A stretch of 64,000 nt of DNA from the human T2T-CHM13v2.0 reference genome, Homo sapiens (GCA_009914755.4 CP086569.2:11200001-11264000), one strand, 5' to 3'; numbered from the stretch's first letter, positions 35,832 to 47,325 are shown. Notes: generated by a model from the sequence alone, not told the origin. Program-made: numbers and translations.

Positions 35832-35999
35832 ATTCCATTCCATTCCATTCCATTCCATTCCATTCCACTCCACTCCATTCCACTCCACTCCACTCCACTC
35901 CACTCCACTCCACTCCACTCCACTCCACTCCATTCAATTCCATTCCATTCCATTCCATTCCATTCCATTCCATTCCATTCCATTCCATTCCATTCCACT
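35829..35999. repeat. Clean tripartite block (ATTCC)~8 - (ACTCC)~11 - (ATTCC)~11
   Basis: cattccattcc... then cactccactcc x~11 (35876-35930) then cattccattcc x~11 (35941-35995); - strand track reads MEWNG.../VEWSG... Confidence 0.85.
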
Positions 36000-36039
36000 C
36001 TATTCCATTCCATTCCATTCCACTCTATTCCATTCCATT

Positions 36040-36117
36040 CCTTTCTTTCGAGAGTATTTCAGTCTGTTACAAAGCCTAGAGTGCAGTGGCACAATCTCAG
36101 CTCACATTTCATTTCAC
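36040..36117 (-). repeat. Alu-derived HOR module type A2
   Basis: tttcgagagtatttcagtctgttacaaagcctagagtgcagtggcacaatctcagctcacatttcatttcacc. Confidence 0.85.
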
Positions 36118-36384
36118 CATTCCATTCCATTCCTTTCCATTCTATTCCATTCAATTCCATTCCATTTTACTCCATTCCCTCCACTCCACTCCACTCCACT
36201 CCACTACATTCCATTCCACTCCATTGCACTCCTCTCCACTCCACTGCACTCCAGTCCTCTCCATTCCACTCCATCCCATTCCACTCGGCTCCATTACACT
36301 GCACTCAAGTCCACCCCAATCCCCTCCACTTCATTCCATTCCATTCCATTCCATCCCATTCAATTTCACTCCATTGCATTCCAT

Positions 36385-36499
36385 TCCTTCCTTTTGACAG
36401 GATATCACTGTGTCTCCCAGGCTGCTGCGCAGTGTCACAATCTCAGCTCACATTACATGTCAACTTTCCATTGTGTTGTGTTCTGTTCCATTGCATTCC
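36385..36499 (-). repeat. Alu-derived HOR module type E
   Basis: ttttgacaggatatcactgtgtctcccaggctgctgcgcagtgtcacaatctcagctcacattacatgtcaactttccattgtgttgtgttctgttccattgcattcc. Confidence 0.8.
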
Positions 36500-36840
36500 A
36501 TTCTATTCCATTCCATTCCATTCCACTCCATTCTGTTCCATTCAATTCCATTCCATTCCACTTCGTTCCACTCCACTCCACTCTACTACATTCGATTACA
36601 TCCGATTCCATTCCACTTCATTCCACTCCTGTCCACTCCACTGCACTCCACTCCACTCCATTCCATTATATCCCATTCCATTCCACTCCATTCCACTCCA
36701 CTCCACTTCACTGCACTCCACTCCATTCCATTTCACTCCATCCCATTCCATTCGACTCCATTCCACTCCACTTCACTCCATTTCAATCCATTCCACTCCC
36801 TTCCATTCCTTTCCATTCCATTTCACTCCTTTGCATTCCA

Positions 36841-36966
36841 TTTCTTTCTTTCGACAGGATAACACTCTTTCCCCCAGGCTGGAATGCAGTGGCACAATCT
36901 CATCTCACATTACATGCCAACTTTCAATTACATGGCATTATATTCCATTGCATTCCATTGCATTCC
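36841..36966 (-). repeat. Alu-derived HOR module type E
   Basis: tttcgacaggataacactctttcccccaggctggaatgcagtggcacaatctcatctcacattacatgccaactttcaattacatggcattatattccattgcattccattgcattcc. Confidence 0.8.
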
Positions 36967-37000
36967 ATTCCATTCCATTCCATAGCATTCCATTCCATTC

Positions 37001-37077
37001 CTTTTTTCGAGAGTATCTCACTGTGTCACCCAGCCTGGAGCGCAGTGGCATAATCTCAGCTCACATTTCATTTCACC
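37001..37077 (-). repeat. Alu-derived HOR module type A
   Basis: tttcgagagtatctcactgtgtcacccagcctggagcgcagtggcataatctcagctcacatttcatttcacc. Confidence 0.9.
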
Positions 37078-37290
37078 ATTCCATTCTACTCCATTCCTTT
37101 CCATTCCATTGGATTCCACTACACTACACTCCTCTCTTCTCCACTCCAATTGATTCTACTCCAATCCACTCCACTCGATTCCAGTCCACTCCACTCATTT
37201 CCATTCCATCCCATTCCATTCCACTCCTTTCCACTCCACTCCACGCTACTCCAGTCCTCTCCATTCCATTCCACTCCATTCCATCCCATT

Positions 37291-37367
37291 CCTTTCTTTT
37301 GACAGGATCTCCCTCTGTCACCCAAGCTGGTGTGCAGTGGCTCAATCTCAACTCAATTTCATTTCAC
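37291..37367 (-). repeat. Alu-derived HOR module type B
   Basis: ttttgacaggatctccctctgtcacccaagctggtgtgcagtggctcaatctcaactcaatttcatttcacc. Confidence 0.85.
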
Positions 37368-37516
37368 CATTCCATTCCATTCCATTCCATTCCATTCCAT
37401 TCCATTCCATTCCATTCCATTCCATTCCACTGCACTCCACTCCATGCCATTCAATTCCACTCCACTCCACTTCAGTACATTCCATTCCATTACATTCCAA
37501 TCCCTTCTATTCCACT

Positions 37517-37598
37517 CCTTTCTTTTGACAGGATCTTCTTCTGTCACGTGGGCTGTAGCTTAGTGGCACAATCTCAGCACACATTTTTTTTTTCGCCA
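37517..37598 (-). repeat. Alu-derived HOR module type C
   Basis: ttttgacaggatcttcttctgtcacgtgggctgtagcttagtggcacaatctcagcacacatttttttttt. Confidence 0.8.
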
Positions 37599-37990
37599 TT
37601 CGATTGTGTTCTGTTCGTTTCCGTTCCATTCCGTTCCATTATATTCTGCTCCGTTCCACTTCACTCCCTTAAACTTCATTCCAATCAATTCCATTCCACT
37701 CCACTCCACTCCACTCCATTCCAGTCTACTCCATTCCACTCCACTCCAATCCAATCCACTCCTCTCCACTCCATTCAATTCCACACGATTCCACTGCACT
37801 CCTCTCCACACCACTCCACTCCACTGCACTCCATTCCACTGCACTCCATTCCACTCCACTCCAGTCCACTCCACTCCACTGCCTTCCATTCCACTCCACT
37901 CCACTCCATTCCACTGCACTCCATTTCACTCCACTCCCTTCCACTCTACTCCACTCCACTTCATTCCATTCCAAGTCATTCCATTCCATT

Positions 37991-38068
37991 CCTTTCTTTC
38001 CACCGGATCTCTCTCTGTCACAAAGGCTGTAGTGCAGTTGCACAATCTAACCTCTCCTATCTTTACAC
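37991..38068 (-). repeat. Alu-derived HOR module type D
   Basis: ttccaccggatctctctctgtcacaaaggctgtagtgcagttgcacaatctaacctctcctatctttacacc. Confidence 0.8.
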
Positions 38069-38240
38069 CATTCCATTGCATTCCATTCCATCCCTTTCCA
38101 TTCCACTCTATTTCACTCCACTCCACTGCACTCTATCCCATTTCTCTCCATTCCATGCCATTCGACTCCAATCCACTCCACTCCACTCAACTCCATTCCA
38201 TTCCATTCTATTCCATTCCATTTCACTCCATTGCATTCCC

Positions 38241-38365
38241 TTCCTTTCTTTTGACAAGATATCACTGTGTCACACAGGTTGGAGTGCAGTGGCACAATCT
38301 CAGCTTACATTATGTGTCAACTTACATTTCATTGCATTCTATTCAATTGCATTCCATTGCATTCC
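38241..38365 (-). repeat. Alu-derived HOR module type E
   Basis: ttttgacaagatatcactgtgtcacacaggttggagtgcagtggcacaatctcagcttacattatgtgtcaacttacatttcattgcattctattcaattgcattccattgcattcc. Confidence 0.8.
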
Positions 38366-38712
38366 ATTCCATTCCATTCCATTTTGTTCCATTCCATTTC
38401 ATTCAATTCCATTCCATTCCACTCCGTTCCACTCCACTCCACTAAACTCAACTACATTCCATTACATCTGATTCCATTCCACTCCATTCTAATCCTCTCC
38501 ACTCCACTGCACTCCATTCCACTCCATCCCACTCCATTCGGCTCCATTCCACTGCACTCCTCTCAACTCCAATCCACTCCACTTCATACCACTCCATTCC
38601 ATCCCATTCCATTCCTCTCCATTCCTCTCCAATCCACTTCACTCCTCTCAACTCCACTCCAGTCCACTCCATTTCATTGCATTCCATTCAATTCCATTCC
38701 ACTCCCTTCCAT

Positions 38713-38797
38713 TCCTTTCCTTTCTTTCGACAGTATCTCACTCTGTTACCAAGCCTAGAGCCCAGTGGCACAATCTCAGCTCACATTTAATTTCACC
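38713..38797 (-). repeat. Alu-derived HOR module type A2
   Basis: tttcgacagtatctcactctgttaccaagcctagagcccagtggcacaatctcagctcacatttaatttcacc. Confidence 0.85.
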
Positions 38798-39095
38798 ATT
38801 CCATTCCATTCCATTTCATTAAATTCCATTCCATTCCACTCCGTTCCACTCCACTCCACTACATTCCATTCCAATCCATTCCACTCCTCTCCACTCCACT
38901 CCATTACCCTCCATCCCATTCCGTTCAGTTCCATTCCACTGCACTCCACTCCTCCCCAATCCACTCCACTTCTTTCCATTCCATTACATCCCATTCCTTT
39001 CCTCTCCATTCCACTCCAATCCACTTCTCTCCACTCCACTGCACTCCAGTCCACTCCATTTCATTGAATTCCATTCCATTCCCTTCCATTCCATT

Positions 39096-39174
39096 CCTTT
39101 CTTTCTAGAGTACCTCACTCTGTTACCAAGCCTAGAGCTCAGCGGCACAATCTCAGCTCACATTTCATTTCACC
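39096..39174 (-). repeat. Alu-derived HOR module type A2
   Basis: ttctagagtacctcactctgttaccaagcctagagctcagcggcacaatctcagctcacatttcatttcacc. Confidence 0.85.
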
Positions 39175-39505
39175 ATTCCATTCCATTACGTTCCATTCTA
39201 TTCCATTAAACTCCATTCCATTCCACTCCGTTCCACTCCACTCCACTCCACTCAACTACATTCCATTACATCCGATTCCATTCCACTCCATTTCATTCCT
39301 CTCCACTCCCCTACACTCCATTTCACTCCATCCCATTCCATTCGGTTCCATTCCACTGCACTCCACTCCAGCCCAATCCACTCCATTTCATTCTATTCCA
39401 TTCCATTCCATCCCATTCCATTCCTCTCCATTCCACTCCAATCCACATCACTCCACTCCACTCCACTCCATTCGATTCCATTCCAATCCATTCCATTCCA
39501 TTCCG

Positions 39506-39581
39506 TTCTTTTGACAGGATCTCACTCTGTCATCCAGGCTGGTGTGCAGTGGCTCAATCCCAGCTCACATTTCCTTTCAGC
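39506..39581 (-). repeat. Alu-derived HOR module type B
   Basis: ttttgacaggatctcactctgtcatccaggctggtgtgcagtggctcaatcccagctcacatttcctttcag. Confidence 0.85.
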
Positions 39582-39689
39582 ATTCCATTCCATTCCATTG
39601 CACTGCACTCCACTCCATGCCACTCAATTCCACTCCACTCCACTTCAGTCCATTCCATTCCATTACATTCCAATCCCTTCTATTCCCCT

Positions 39690-39767
39690 CCTTTCTTTTG
39701 ACAGAATCTCCCTCTGTCACATGGGCTGTAGCTTAGTGGTACAATCTCAGCACACATCTCTTTTCAC
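39690..39767 (-). repeat. Alu-derived HOR module type C
   Basis: ttttgacagaatctccctctgtcacatgggctgtagcttagtggtacaatctcagcacacatctcttttcacc. Confidence 0.85.
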
Positions 39768-40154
39768 CATTCCATTGTGTTCCATTCCGTTTTGTTCTAT
39801 TCCGTTCCATTCCGTTCTGCTTCGTTCCACTCCACTCCCCTACAGTCCATTCCACTCCATGCCACTCCACTCCACTCCATTCCAATCTACTCTATTCCAC
39901 TCCACTCCACTCCAATCCACTCCTCTCCACTCGATTCCATTCCACGCAATTCCACTGCACTCCACCCCATCCCACTCCACTCCACTCCACTGCACTTCTT
40001 TCCACTCCATTTCTGTCCACTCCACTCCACTCCATTGCATTCTATTCCACCCCACTCGAATCCATTCCACTCCACTCCATTTCACTCCACTCCATTCCAC
40101 TCCACTCCACTCCATTCCACTCCACTCCATTCCATTCAACACCATTCCATTCCA

Positions 40155-40235
40155 TTTCTTTCTTTCCACTGGATCTCTCTCTTTCACAAAGGCTGTAGTA
40201 CAGGGGCAAAATCTAAGCTTACCTATCTTTACACC
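40155..40235 (-). repeat. Alu-derived HOR module type D
   Basis: ttccactggatctctctctttcacaaaggctgtagtacaggggcaaaatctaagcttacctatctttacacc. Confidence 0.75.
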
Positions 40236-40393
40236 ATTCCGTTGTATTCCATTCCATCCCATTCCATTCCACTCTCTTTCACTCCACCCCACTCCACTCC
40301 ACTCTATCCCATTTCAATCCATTCCATGCCATTCTACTCCAATCCACTCCATTCCACTCAATTCCATTCCATTGCTCTCCATTGCATTCCATT

Positions 40394-40507
40394 CCTTTCT
40401 TTCAACAAGATATCACTGTGTCACCCCAGTTGGAGTGCAGTGGCACAATCTCAGCTCACATTACCTGTTAACATTCCATTACATTGCCTTCTATTTAATT
40501 GCATTCC
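40394..40507 (-). repeat. Alu-derived HOR module type E
   Basis: caacaagatatcactgtgtcaccccagttggagtgcagtggcacaatctcagctcacattacctgttaacattccattacattgccttctatttaattgcattcc. Confidence 0.8.
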
Positions 40508-40845
40508 TTTGCTTTCCATTCTATTCCATTCCATTCCATTCTAGTCCATTAAATCCCATTCCATTCCACTCCGTTCCACTCCATTCCACTCCACTACATT
40601 CCATTGCAATCCATTCCACTCCTCTCCACTCCACTCCACTCCACTCCATTACCCTCCATCCCATTCCTTTCGGTTCCATTCCTCTGCACTCCACTCCACC
40701 CCAATCCACTCCACTTCATTACATTCCATTACATCCCATTCCATTCCTCTCCATTCCCCTCCAATCCACTTCACTCCACTCCACTGCTGTCCACTCTATT
40801 TCATTGCATTCCATTGCATTCCATTCTAATCCATTCCATTCCATT

Positions 40846-40924
40846 CCTTTCTTTTGAAAGTATCTCACTCTGTTCCCAAGCCTAGAATGCAGTGGCACAA
40901 TCGCAGCTTACATTTCATTTCACC
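40846..40924 (-). repeat. Alu-derived HOR module type A2
   Basis: ttttgaaagtatctcactctgttcccaagcctagaatgcagtggcacaatcgcagcttacatttcatttcacc. Confidence 0.85.
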
Positions 40925-41366
40925 ATTCCATTCCATTCTATTCCATTAAATTCCATTCCATTCTACTCCTTTCCAGTCCACTCCACTCCACTACATTCCA
41001 TTCCAATCCATTCCACTCCTCTCCACTCCACTTCACTCAACTCCACTCCATTACCCTCCATCCCATTCCATTCGGTTCCATTCCACTGCACACCATTCCA
41101 CCCCAATCCACTCCACTTCATTCCATTCCATTACATCCCATTCCATTCCATTCTATTCCATTCATCTCCACTCCATACCAATCCATTCCACTCCATTCCA
41201 GTCCACTCCTCTCCATTCCGTTCCATTCCATCCCATTCCATTCCACTCCGTTCCAGTACACTCCATTCCACTCCACTCCACTCCACTCCATTCCACTCCA
41301 CTCCACTCCACTAAATTCCACTCCACTCCATTCCATTCTATTCCATTTCACTCCATTGCATTCCAT

Positions 41367-41486
41367 TCCTTACTTTAGACAGGATATCATTGTGTCACCC
41401 ATGCTTGAGTGCAGTGGCACAATCTCAGCTCACACTACATGTCAACATTCCATTGCATTGCATTCTATTGCATTGCATTGAATTCC
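41367..41486 (-). repeat. Alu-derived HOR module type E
   Basis: tagacaggatatcattgtgtcacccatgcttgagtgcagtggcacaatctcagctcacactacatgtcaacattccattgcattgcattctattgcattgcattgaattcc. Confidence 0.8.
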
Positions 41487-41795
41487 ATTCCATTCCATTC
41501 AATTGTATTAAATTCCATTCCGTTCTACTCCACTCCACAATTTTTCATTACTTCTGATTCCATTCCACTCCATTCCACTCCTCTCCACCCCACTGCACAC
41601 CACTCCACTCCATTCCAGTCAATCCCTTTCCATTCCGCTCCATTCCACTTCACTCCACTCCACCCAACTCCACTCCAATTCATTTCATTCCTTTCCATCC
41701 CTTTCCAGTCCTCTCCATTCCACTCTACTCCACTGCACTCCATTCCACTCTACGGCAGTCCACTCCATTAAATTCCATTCCCTTGCATTCCCTTC

Positions 41796-41877
41796 CTTTC
41801 CTTTCTTTTGAGAGTATCTCATTCTGTCACCCAACCTGGAGCGCAATGGCACAAACTCCATTCACATTTCATTACCA
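41796..41877 (-). repeat. Alu-derived HOR module type A
   Basis: ttttgagagtatctcattctgtcacccaacctggagcgcaatggcacaaactccattcacatttcattacc. Confidence 0.85.
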
Positions 41878-42014
41878 TGCCGTTCCACTCCATTCCATTC
41901 CATTCCATTCCATTTCATACCATTTCATTCCATTCCACTCCTTACCTCTCCACTCCAGTCTACTCCACTCCACTCCATTCCATTCCATTCCATTCTACTC
42001 CTTTCCATTCCATT

Positions 42015-42093
42015 CCTTTCTTTTGACAGGATCTCACTCTGTCATTCATGCTGGTGTGCATTGGCACAATCTCAACTCGTATTTCATTTCACC
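42015..42093 (-). repeat. Alu-derived HOR module type B
   Basis: ttttgacaggatctcactctgtcattcatgctggtgtgcattggcacaatctcaactcgtatttcatttcacc. Confidence 0.85.
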
Positions 42094-42315
42094 ATTCCAT
42101 TCCATTCCACTGCACTCCACTCCAACCCACTGAATTCCACTCCACTCCCCTCCACTCCACTCCACTCCATTCCACTCCACTACACTCCCCTACACTCCAA
42201 TCCACTCCATTCCACTTTACTCCACCCCACTCCTTTACACTACACTCCACTCTACCCCACTTCACTCCAATCCACTCCTCTCCATTCCATTCCATTACAC
42301 TCCATTCCATTCCAT

Positions 42316-42393
42316 TCTTTCTTTCTACAGGATCTCACTCTGTCACAAATTCTGGAGTGCAATGGCACAATCGCAGCTCACATTTCTTTTCAC
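42316..42393 (-). repeat. Alu-derived HOR module type D
   Basis: ttctacaggatctcactctgtcacaaattctggagtgcaatggcacaatcgcagctcacatttcttttcacc. Confidence 0.85.
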
Positions 42394-42420
42394 CATTCCG
42401 TTGCAATAAATTCCATTCCA

Positions 42421-42501
42421 TTCCTTTCTTTCTACAAGATCTCACTCTGTCACAAAGGCTGGAATGCACTCTCACAATCTCAGCTCACATTACTTTTCAC
42501 C
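42421..42501 (-). repeat. Alu-derived HOR module type D (immediately adjacent second copy)
   Basis: ttctacaagatctcactctgtcacaaaggctggaatgcactctcacaatctcagctcacattacttttcacc; only ~30 bp after previous D. Confidence 0.85.
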
Positions 42502-42899
42502 ATTCCATTCCATTGCATTCCATTCCATCCATTGCATTCCACTCTATTTCACTCCACTCCACTCTGTTCCACTCCATTCCATTCCATGCCACTCCACTCC
42601 ACTCCAATCTTCTTCTCTCCCTACCTCTGGATTCCTTTCCACTCTATTCCATTCCATTCCACTCCACTCCACTACATTCCACTCCAATAAACTCCATTCC
42701 ATGCCACTCCACTCCATTCCATTCCACTTCACTCCATTCCATTCATTTCCGTTCCATTCCTCTCCATTCCATTCCACTCTACTCCATTCCATTATATTCC
42801 ACTCCACTCCATTCCCGTCCACTCCACTCAACTCCACTCCATTCCATTCCTTTCGATTCCATTCCAATCCACTCCTCCCCACTCCATTCCTTTCCATTC

Positions 42900-42965
42900 C
42901 ATTCCATTACATTCCATTACATTACATTATATTACATTACATTATATTACATTACATTACACTCT
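42900..42965. repeat. (ACATT)/(ATATT) AT-rich pentamer block
   Basis: attacattccattacattacattatattacattacattatattacattacattacac; similar shorter blocks at ~43520-43545, 14815-14860, 33445-33485. Confidence 0.8.
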
Positions 42966-43052
42966 ACTCCACTCCACTCTACTCCATTCCACTCCACTCT
43001 ACTCCACTTTACTCCACTCCACTTCATGTCATTCCACTCCATTCTATTCCAT

Positions 43053-43132
43053 TCCTTTCTTTCCACAGGAACTCCCTCTTTAACAAAGGCCGGAGTGCAG
43101 TTGAACAATCTCAGCTCACATTTCTTTCCAAC
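43053..43132 (-). repeat. Alu-derived HOR module type D
   Basis: ttccacaggaactccctctttaacaaaggccggagtgcagttgaacaatctcagctcacatttctttccaac. Confidence 0.8.
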
Positions 43133-43660
43133 TTTCCACTGTATTCCATTCCATCCCTTTCCATTCCACTCTATTTCACTCCACTCCACTCCACTCCTCT
43201 CTACTGCATTCCATTCCACTCCATCCCATTCCATTCGACTCCTTTCCACTCCACTGCACTCCACTCCACTCCATTCCACCCCACTCAATTCCCCTCCACT
43301 CCACTCTATTCCATTCCACTCTACTCCAGTGCATTCCACTCCACCCCACTCCATTCCATTCCATTCTACTCCACTCCATTCCACTCCACTCCACTCCGTT
43401 CCCTTATACTCCACTCCACTCCATTCCCGTCGACTCCACACAACTCCACTCCATTCAATTCCTTTCAATTCCATTCCACTCCACTCCTCCCTACTCCATT
43501 CCATTCCATTCCATTTCATTCTATTACATTACATTACATTCCACTCTACTCCACTCCACTCTACTCCATTCCACTCCATTCCAGTCCACTCCACTCCACT
43601 CGACTCCACTGCACTCTACTCCACTCCACTCCATTCCATTCCACACCATTCCATTCCATT

Positions 43661-43740
43661 CCTTTCTTTCCGCAGGAACTCTCTCTTTCACAAAAAGTCA
43701 GGGGTGCAGGGGCGCAATCTCAGCTCACATTTCTTTCCAA
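43661..43740 (-). repeat. Alu-derived HOR module type D (diverged)
   Basis: ttccgcaggaactctctctttcacaaaaagtcaggggtgcaggggcgcaatctcagctcacatttctttccaac. Confidence 0.75.
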
Positions 43741-43920
43741 CATTCCATTGCATTCCATTCCATCCCTTTTCATTCCACTCTATTTCTTTCCACTCTACTC
43801 TTTTGCACTCCATTTTATTCCACTCCACCCCATTCAATTCGACTTCATTCCCGTCTATTCTACTCCACTCCACTCCATTCCACCCCACTCAATTAACCTC
43901 CGCTCCACTCCATTTCATTC

Positions 43921-43960
43921 CACTCCAATCCAGAGCGTTCCACTCCAATCCAGAGCGTTC
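43921..43960. repeat. 20-bp tandem duplication
   Basis: cactccaatccagagcgttc x2, G-containing non-canonical unit. Confidence 0.85.
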
Positions 43961-44272
43961 CACTCCACCCCACTCCCTTCCATTCCATTCTACTCCATTC
44001 CATTCCACTCCACTCCACTCCATTCCACTCCTCTCCACTCCATTCCACTCTATCTCACTCCTTTCCACTCCACTCCACTCCATTCCATTCCACTTTACTC
44101 CATTCCATTCCATTCCATTCCATTCCATTCCATTCCATTCCAATGCACTCCACTCCTCTTCATTCCCTTCCATGCCATCCCATTCCCTTCCTTTCCGTTC
44201 CACTCCACTCTACTTCACTCCACTCGCCTCAACTCCAGTTCACTCCATTCCATTCCATTCCACTGCATTCCA

Positions 44273-44359
44273 TTCCTTTTCTTTCTTTGGAGAGTATCTC
44301 ACTCTGTAATCCACCCTGGAGTGCAGTGGCACAATCTCAGCTCACATTTCATTTCACCA
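44273..44359 (-). repeat. Alu-derived HOR module type A
   Basis: ctttggagagtatctcactctgtaatccaccctggagtgcagtggcacaatctcagctcacatttcatttcacc. Confidence 0.85.
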
Positions 44360-44542
44360 CTCCGTTCCCTTCCATTCAATTCCAATCCACTCCTCTCCAC
44401 TCCACTCCAATCCATTCCACTCCACTCCACACCACTCCATTCCAGTCCACTCTACTTTTTTGCATTCCATCCCTTTCCATTCCAGTCCTTTCCACCCCTC
44501 TCCACTCCATTTCATTTCATTCCATTCCATTCCATTCCATTC

Positions 44543-44620
44543 CTTTCTTTTGACAAGATCTCACACTGACACCCAGACTGGCGTGCAGCTGCACAATCTC
44601 AGCTCACATTTCCTTTCACC
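44543..44620 (-). repeat. Alu-derived HOR module type B
   Basis: ttttgacaagatctcacactgacacccagactggcgtgcagctgcacaatctcagctcacatttcctttcacc. Confidence 0.8.
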
Positions 44621-44753
44621 ATTCCATTCCATTCCATTCCATTCTCTTCCATTCTATTCCATTCCACGGCACTCCACCCCAGTCCACTCAATTCCACTAC
44701 ACTACACTCCAATCCATGCCGTTCCATTTCATTCCAATCCCTTCAATTACACT

Positions 44754-44832
44754 CCTTTCTTTTGACAGGATCTCCCTCTGTCCCACAGGCTGTAGCATAG
44801 TGGCACAATTTCAGCACACATTTCTTTTCACC
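44754..44832 (-). repeat. Alu-derived HOR module type C
   Basis: ttttgacaggatctccctctgtcccacaggctgtagcatagtggcacaatttcagcacacatttcttttcacc. Confidence 0.9.
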
Positions 44833-45327
44833 ATTCTATTCCATTCCATTCTTTTCCATTCCATTCCATTCCATTCCTCTCCACTCCATTCCACTCCACT
44901 CCACTCCATTCCACTCCACTCCATTCCTCTCCACTCCACTCAATTCCATTCCAATCCACTCCACTCCACTCCAATCCACTACACTCCATTCCACTGCACT
45001 CCTCTCCATTCCACTCAATTCTACTCCACTCCATTCCACTCCACTCAACTCCACTCCATGCCATTTCACTCCACTCCACTCCAGTCCACTCCACTCCATT
45101 CCATTCTACTCCTCTCCACTCCAATCCATTCCACTCCATTCCACTCCTCTCAACTCCACTCCATGCCATTTCACTCCACTCCACTCCAGTCCACTCCACT
45201 CCATTCCATTCTACTCCTCTCCACTCCAATCCATTCCACTCCAGTCCACTCCATTCCATTCCACTCCACTCCACTGCACTCCATCCACTCGATTTCATTC
45301 CATTCCACTCCATTCCATTCCATTATG

Positions 45328-45402
45328 TTCTTTCCACAGGATCTCACTCTGCCATAAAGGCTGGAGTGCAGTGGCACAATCTCATCTCACATTTCTTTTC
45401 AC
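45328..45402 (-). repeat. Alu-derived HOR module type D
   Basis: ttccacaggatctcactctgccataaaggctggagtgcagtggcacaatctcatctcacatttcttttcacc. Confidence 0.85.
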
Positions 45403-45594
45403 CATTCCATTTCATTTCATTCCATTCCATCCCTTTCTATTCTGCTCTATTTCACTCCACTCCACTCCACTCTACTCGACTCCATTCCATTCCACTCCAT
45501 CCCATTCCATTCGACTCCATTCCACTTCACTCCACTCCACTCCACTCCAGGCCATTGCATACACTCCATTCCATTTCAATCCATTGCCTTCCAT

Positions 45595-45715
45595 TGCTTT
45601 AATTCGACAGGATATCACTGTGTCAGGAAGGAGTGCAGTGGCACAATCACAGCTCACATTACATGTCAACTTTCCATTGCATTGCTTTCTATTCCATTGC
45701 ATTAAATTGCATTCC
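45595..45715 (-). repeat. Alu-derived HOR module type E (internal deletion in Alu core)
   Basis: ttcgacaggatatcactgtgtcaggaaggagtgcagtggcacaatcacagctcacattacatgtcaactttccattgcattgctttctattccattgcattaaattgcattcc; lacks cccaggctg. Confidence 0.8.
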
Positions 45716-46038
45716 ATTCCACTTCATTCCATTCCTTTCAATTCCATTCCTTTCCACTCCATTCCGCTCCACTCCCCTCCACTCCACTACATTCCATTAC
45801 AACCATTTCCATTACATTCCATTCCACTCCTCTCCACTCCACTGCTCTCCACTCCACTCCATTCCACTCCATCTCATTGCATTCCGCTCCATTCCAGTGC
45901 ACTCCACTCCATCCCACTCCACTCCACCTCATTCCATTCCATCCCATAACATTCCTCTCCATTCCACTCCACTCCACTTCACTCCACTCCACTCCATTCC
46001 ACTCCATTCCATTCCCTTCCTCTGCATTCCCTTCAATT

Positions 46039-46118
46039 CCTTTCTTTCAAGAGTATCTCACTCTTTCAATCAGGCTGGAGGCCAGTTGCACAATCTCAGC
46101 TTACATTTCATTGCACCA
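46039..46118 (-). repeat. Alu-derived HOR module type A
   Basis: tttcaagagtatctcactctttcaatcaggctggaggccagttgcacaatctcagcttacatttcattgcacc. Confidence 0.8.
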
Positions 46119-46441
46119 TTCCATTTCATTTCATTCCATTCCATTCCATTCCATTCCACTCCACTCCACTCCATTCCACTCCAATCCTCTCCACTCCACT
46201 CCATTCCATTCCTCTCCACTCCAGTCCAGTGCACTACACTCCATTCCCCTCCACTCCACTCAATAGCACTACACTGCATTGCTCTCCACTACACTTCGCC
46301 CCATTCCATTCCACTCCACTCCACTATTGTCCACTCGATTCCATTCCACTCCACTCCATTCCACTCCATTCCACTCTACTCCATTCCACCCTACTCCACT
46401 CCATTCCATTCCATTCCATTCCACTCCATTGCATTGCATTA

Positions 46442-46520
46442 CTTTCTTTCCACGGGATCTCACTCTGTCATAAAGTCTGGATTGCAGTGGCACAATATCA
46501 GCTCACATTTCTTTTCACCA
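46442..46520 (-). repeat. Alu-derived HOR module type D
   Basis: ttccacgggatctcactctgtcataaagtctggattgcagtggcacaatatcagctcacatttcttttcacc. Confidence 0.85.
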
Positions 46521-46702
46521 TTCCATTCCATTACATTCTATCCCATTCCATTCCACTCTATTTCACTCCACACCACTCGACTCCATTCCATTCCACTCCA
46601 TCCCATTCCTTTCGACTCCATTCTACTTCACTCCACTCCACTCCACTCCACTCCATTCCATTCTATACATTCCATTCCATTTCAGTCCATTGCATTTCAT
46701 TG

Positions 46703-46825
46703 CTTTCTTTCGACAGGATGTCACTCTGTCACTTAGGAATGAGTGCTGTAGTACAATCGCAGCTCACATTACATGTCAACTTTCCATTGCATTGCCTTCC
46801 ATTCCATTGTTTTCCATTGCATTCC
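46703..46825 (-). repeat. Alu-derived HOR module type E
   Basis: tttcgacaggatgtcactctgtcacttaggaatgagtgctgtagtacaatcgcagctcacattacatgtcaactttccattgcattgccttccattccattgttttccattgcattcc. Confidence 0.8.
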
Positions 46826-47247
46826 ATTCCATTCCTTTCCACTTCATTCCTTTCCATTCCATTCAATTCCATTCTTTCCAATCCGCTGCACTCTACTTCA
46901 CTGCACTCCACTACATTCCATTACACCCTTTTCCGTTACACTCCATTCCAATCCTCTCCACTCCACTTCTCTCCACTCCACTCCATTCCACTCCATTCCA
47001 TTCCATTCCTCTCCATTCCACTGCAGTCCACTCAACCCCACTCCACTCCACCTCATTCCATTCCATCCCATAACATTCCTCTCCATTCCACTCCACTCCA
47101 CTCCAGTCCACCCCACTCCACTCCATCTCATTCCATTCCATCACATAACGTTCCTCTCCATTCCCCTCAACTCCACTCCACTCCACTCCAGTCCACTCCA
47201 TTCCATTCCATTGCATTCCATTCCATTCCACTGCATTCCATTCCATT

Positions 47248-47325
47248 CCTTTCTTTTGAGAGTGTCTCACTCTTTCAAGCAGCCTGGAGGGCAGTGGCAC
47301 AATCTCAGCTCACATTTCATTGGAC
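47248..47325 (-). repeat. Alu-derived HOR module type A
   Basis: ttttgagagtgtctcactctttcaagcagcctggagggcagtggcacaatctcagctcacatttcattggac. Confidence 0.8.
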
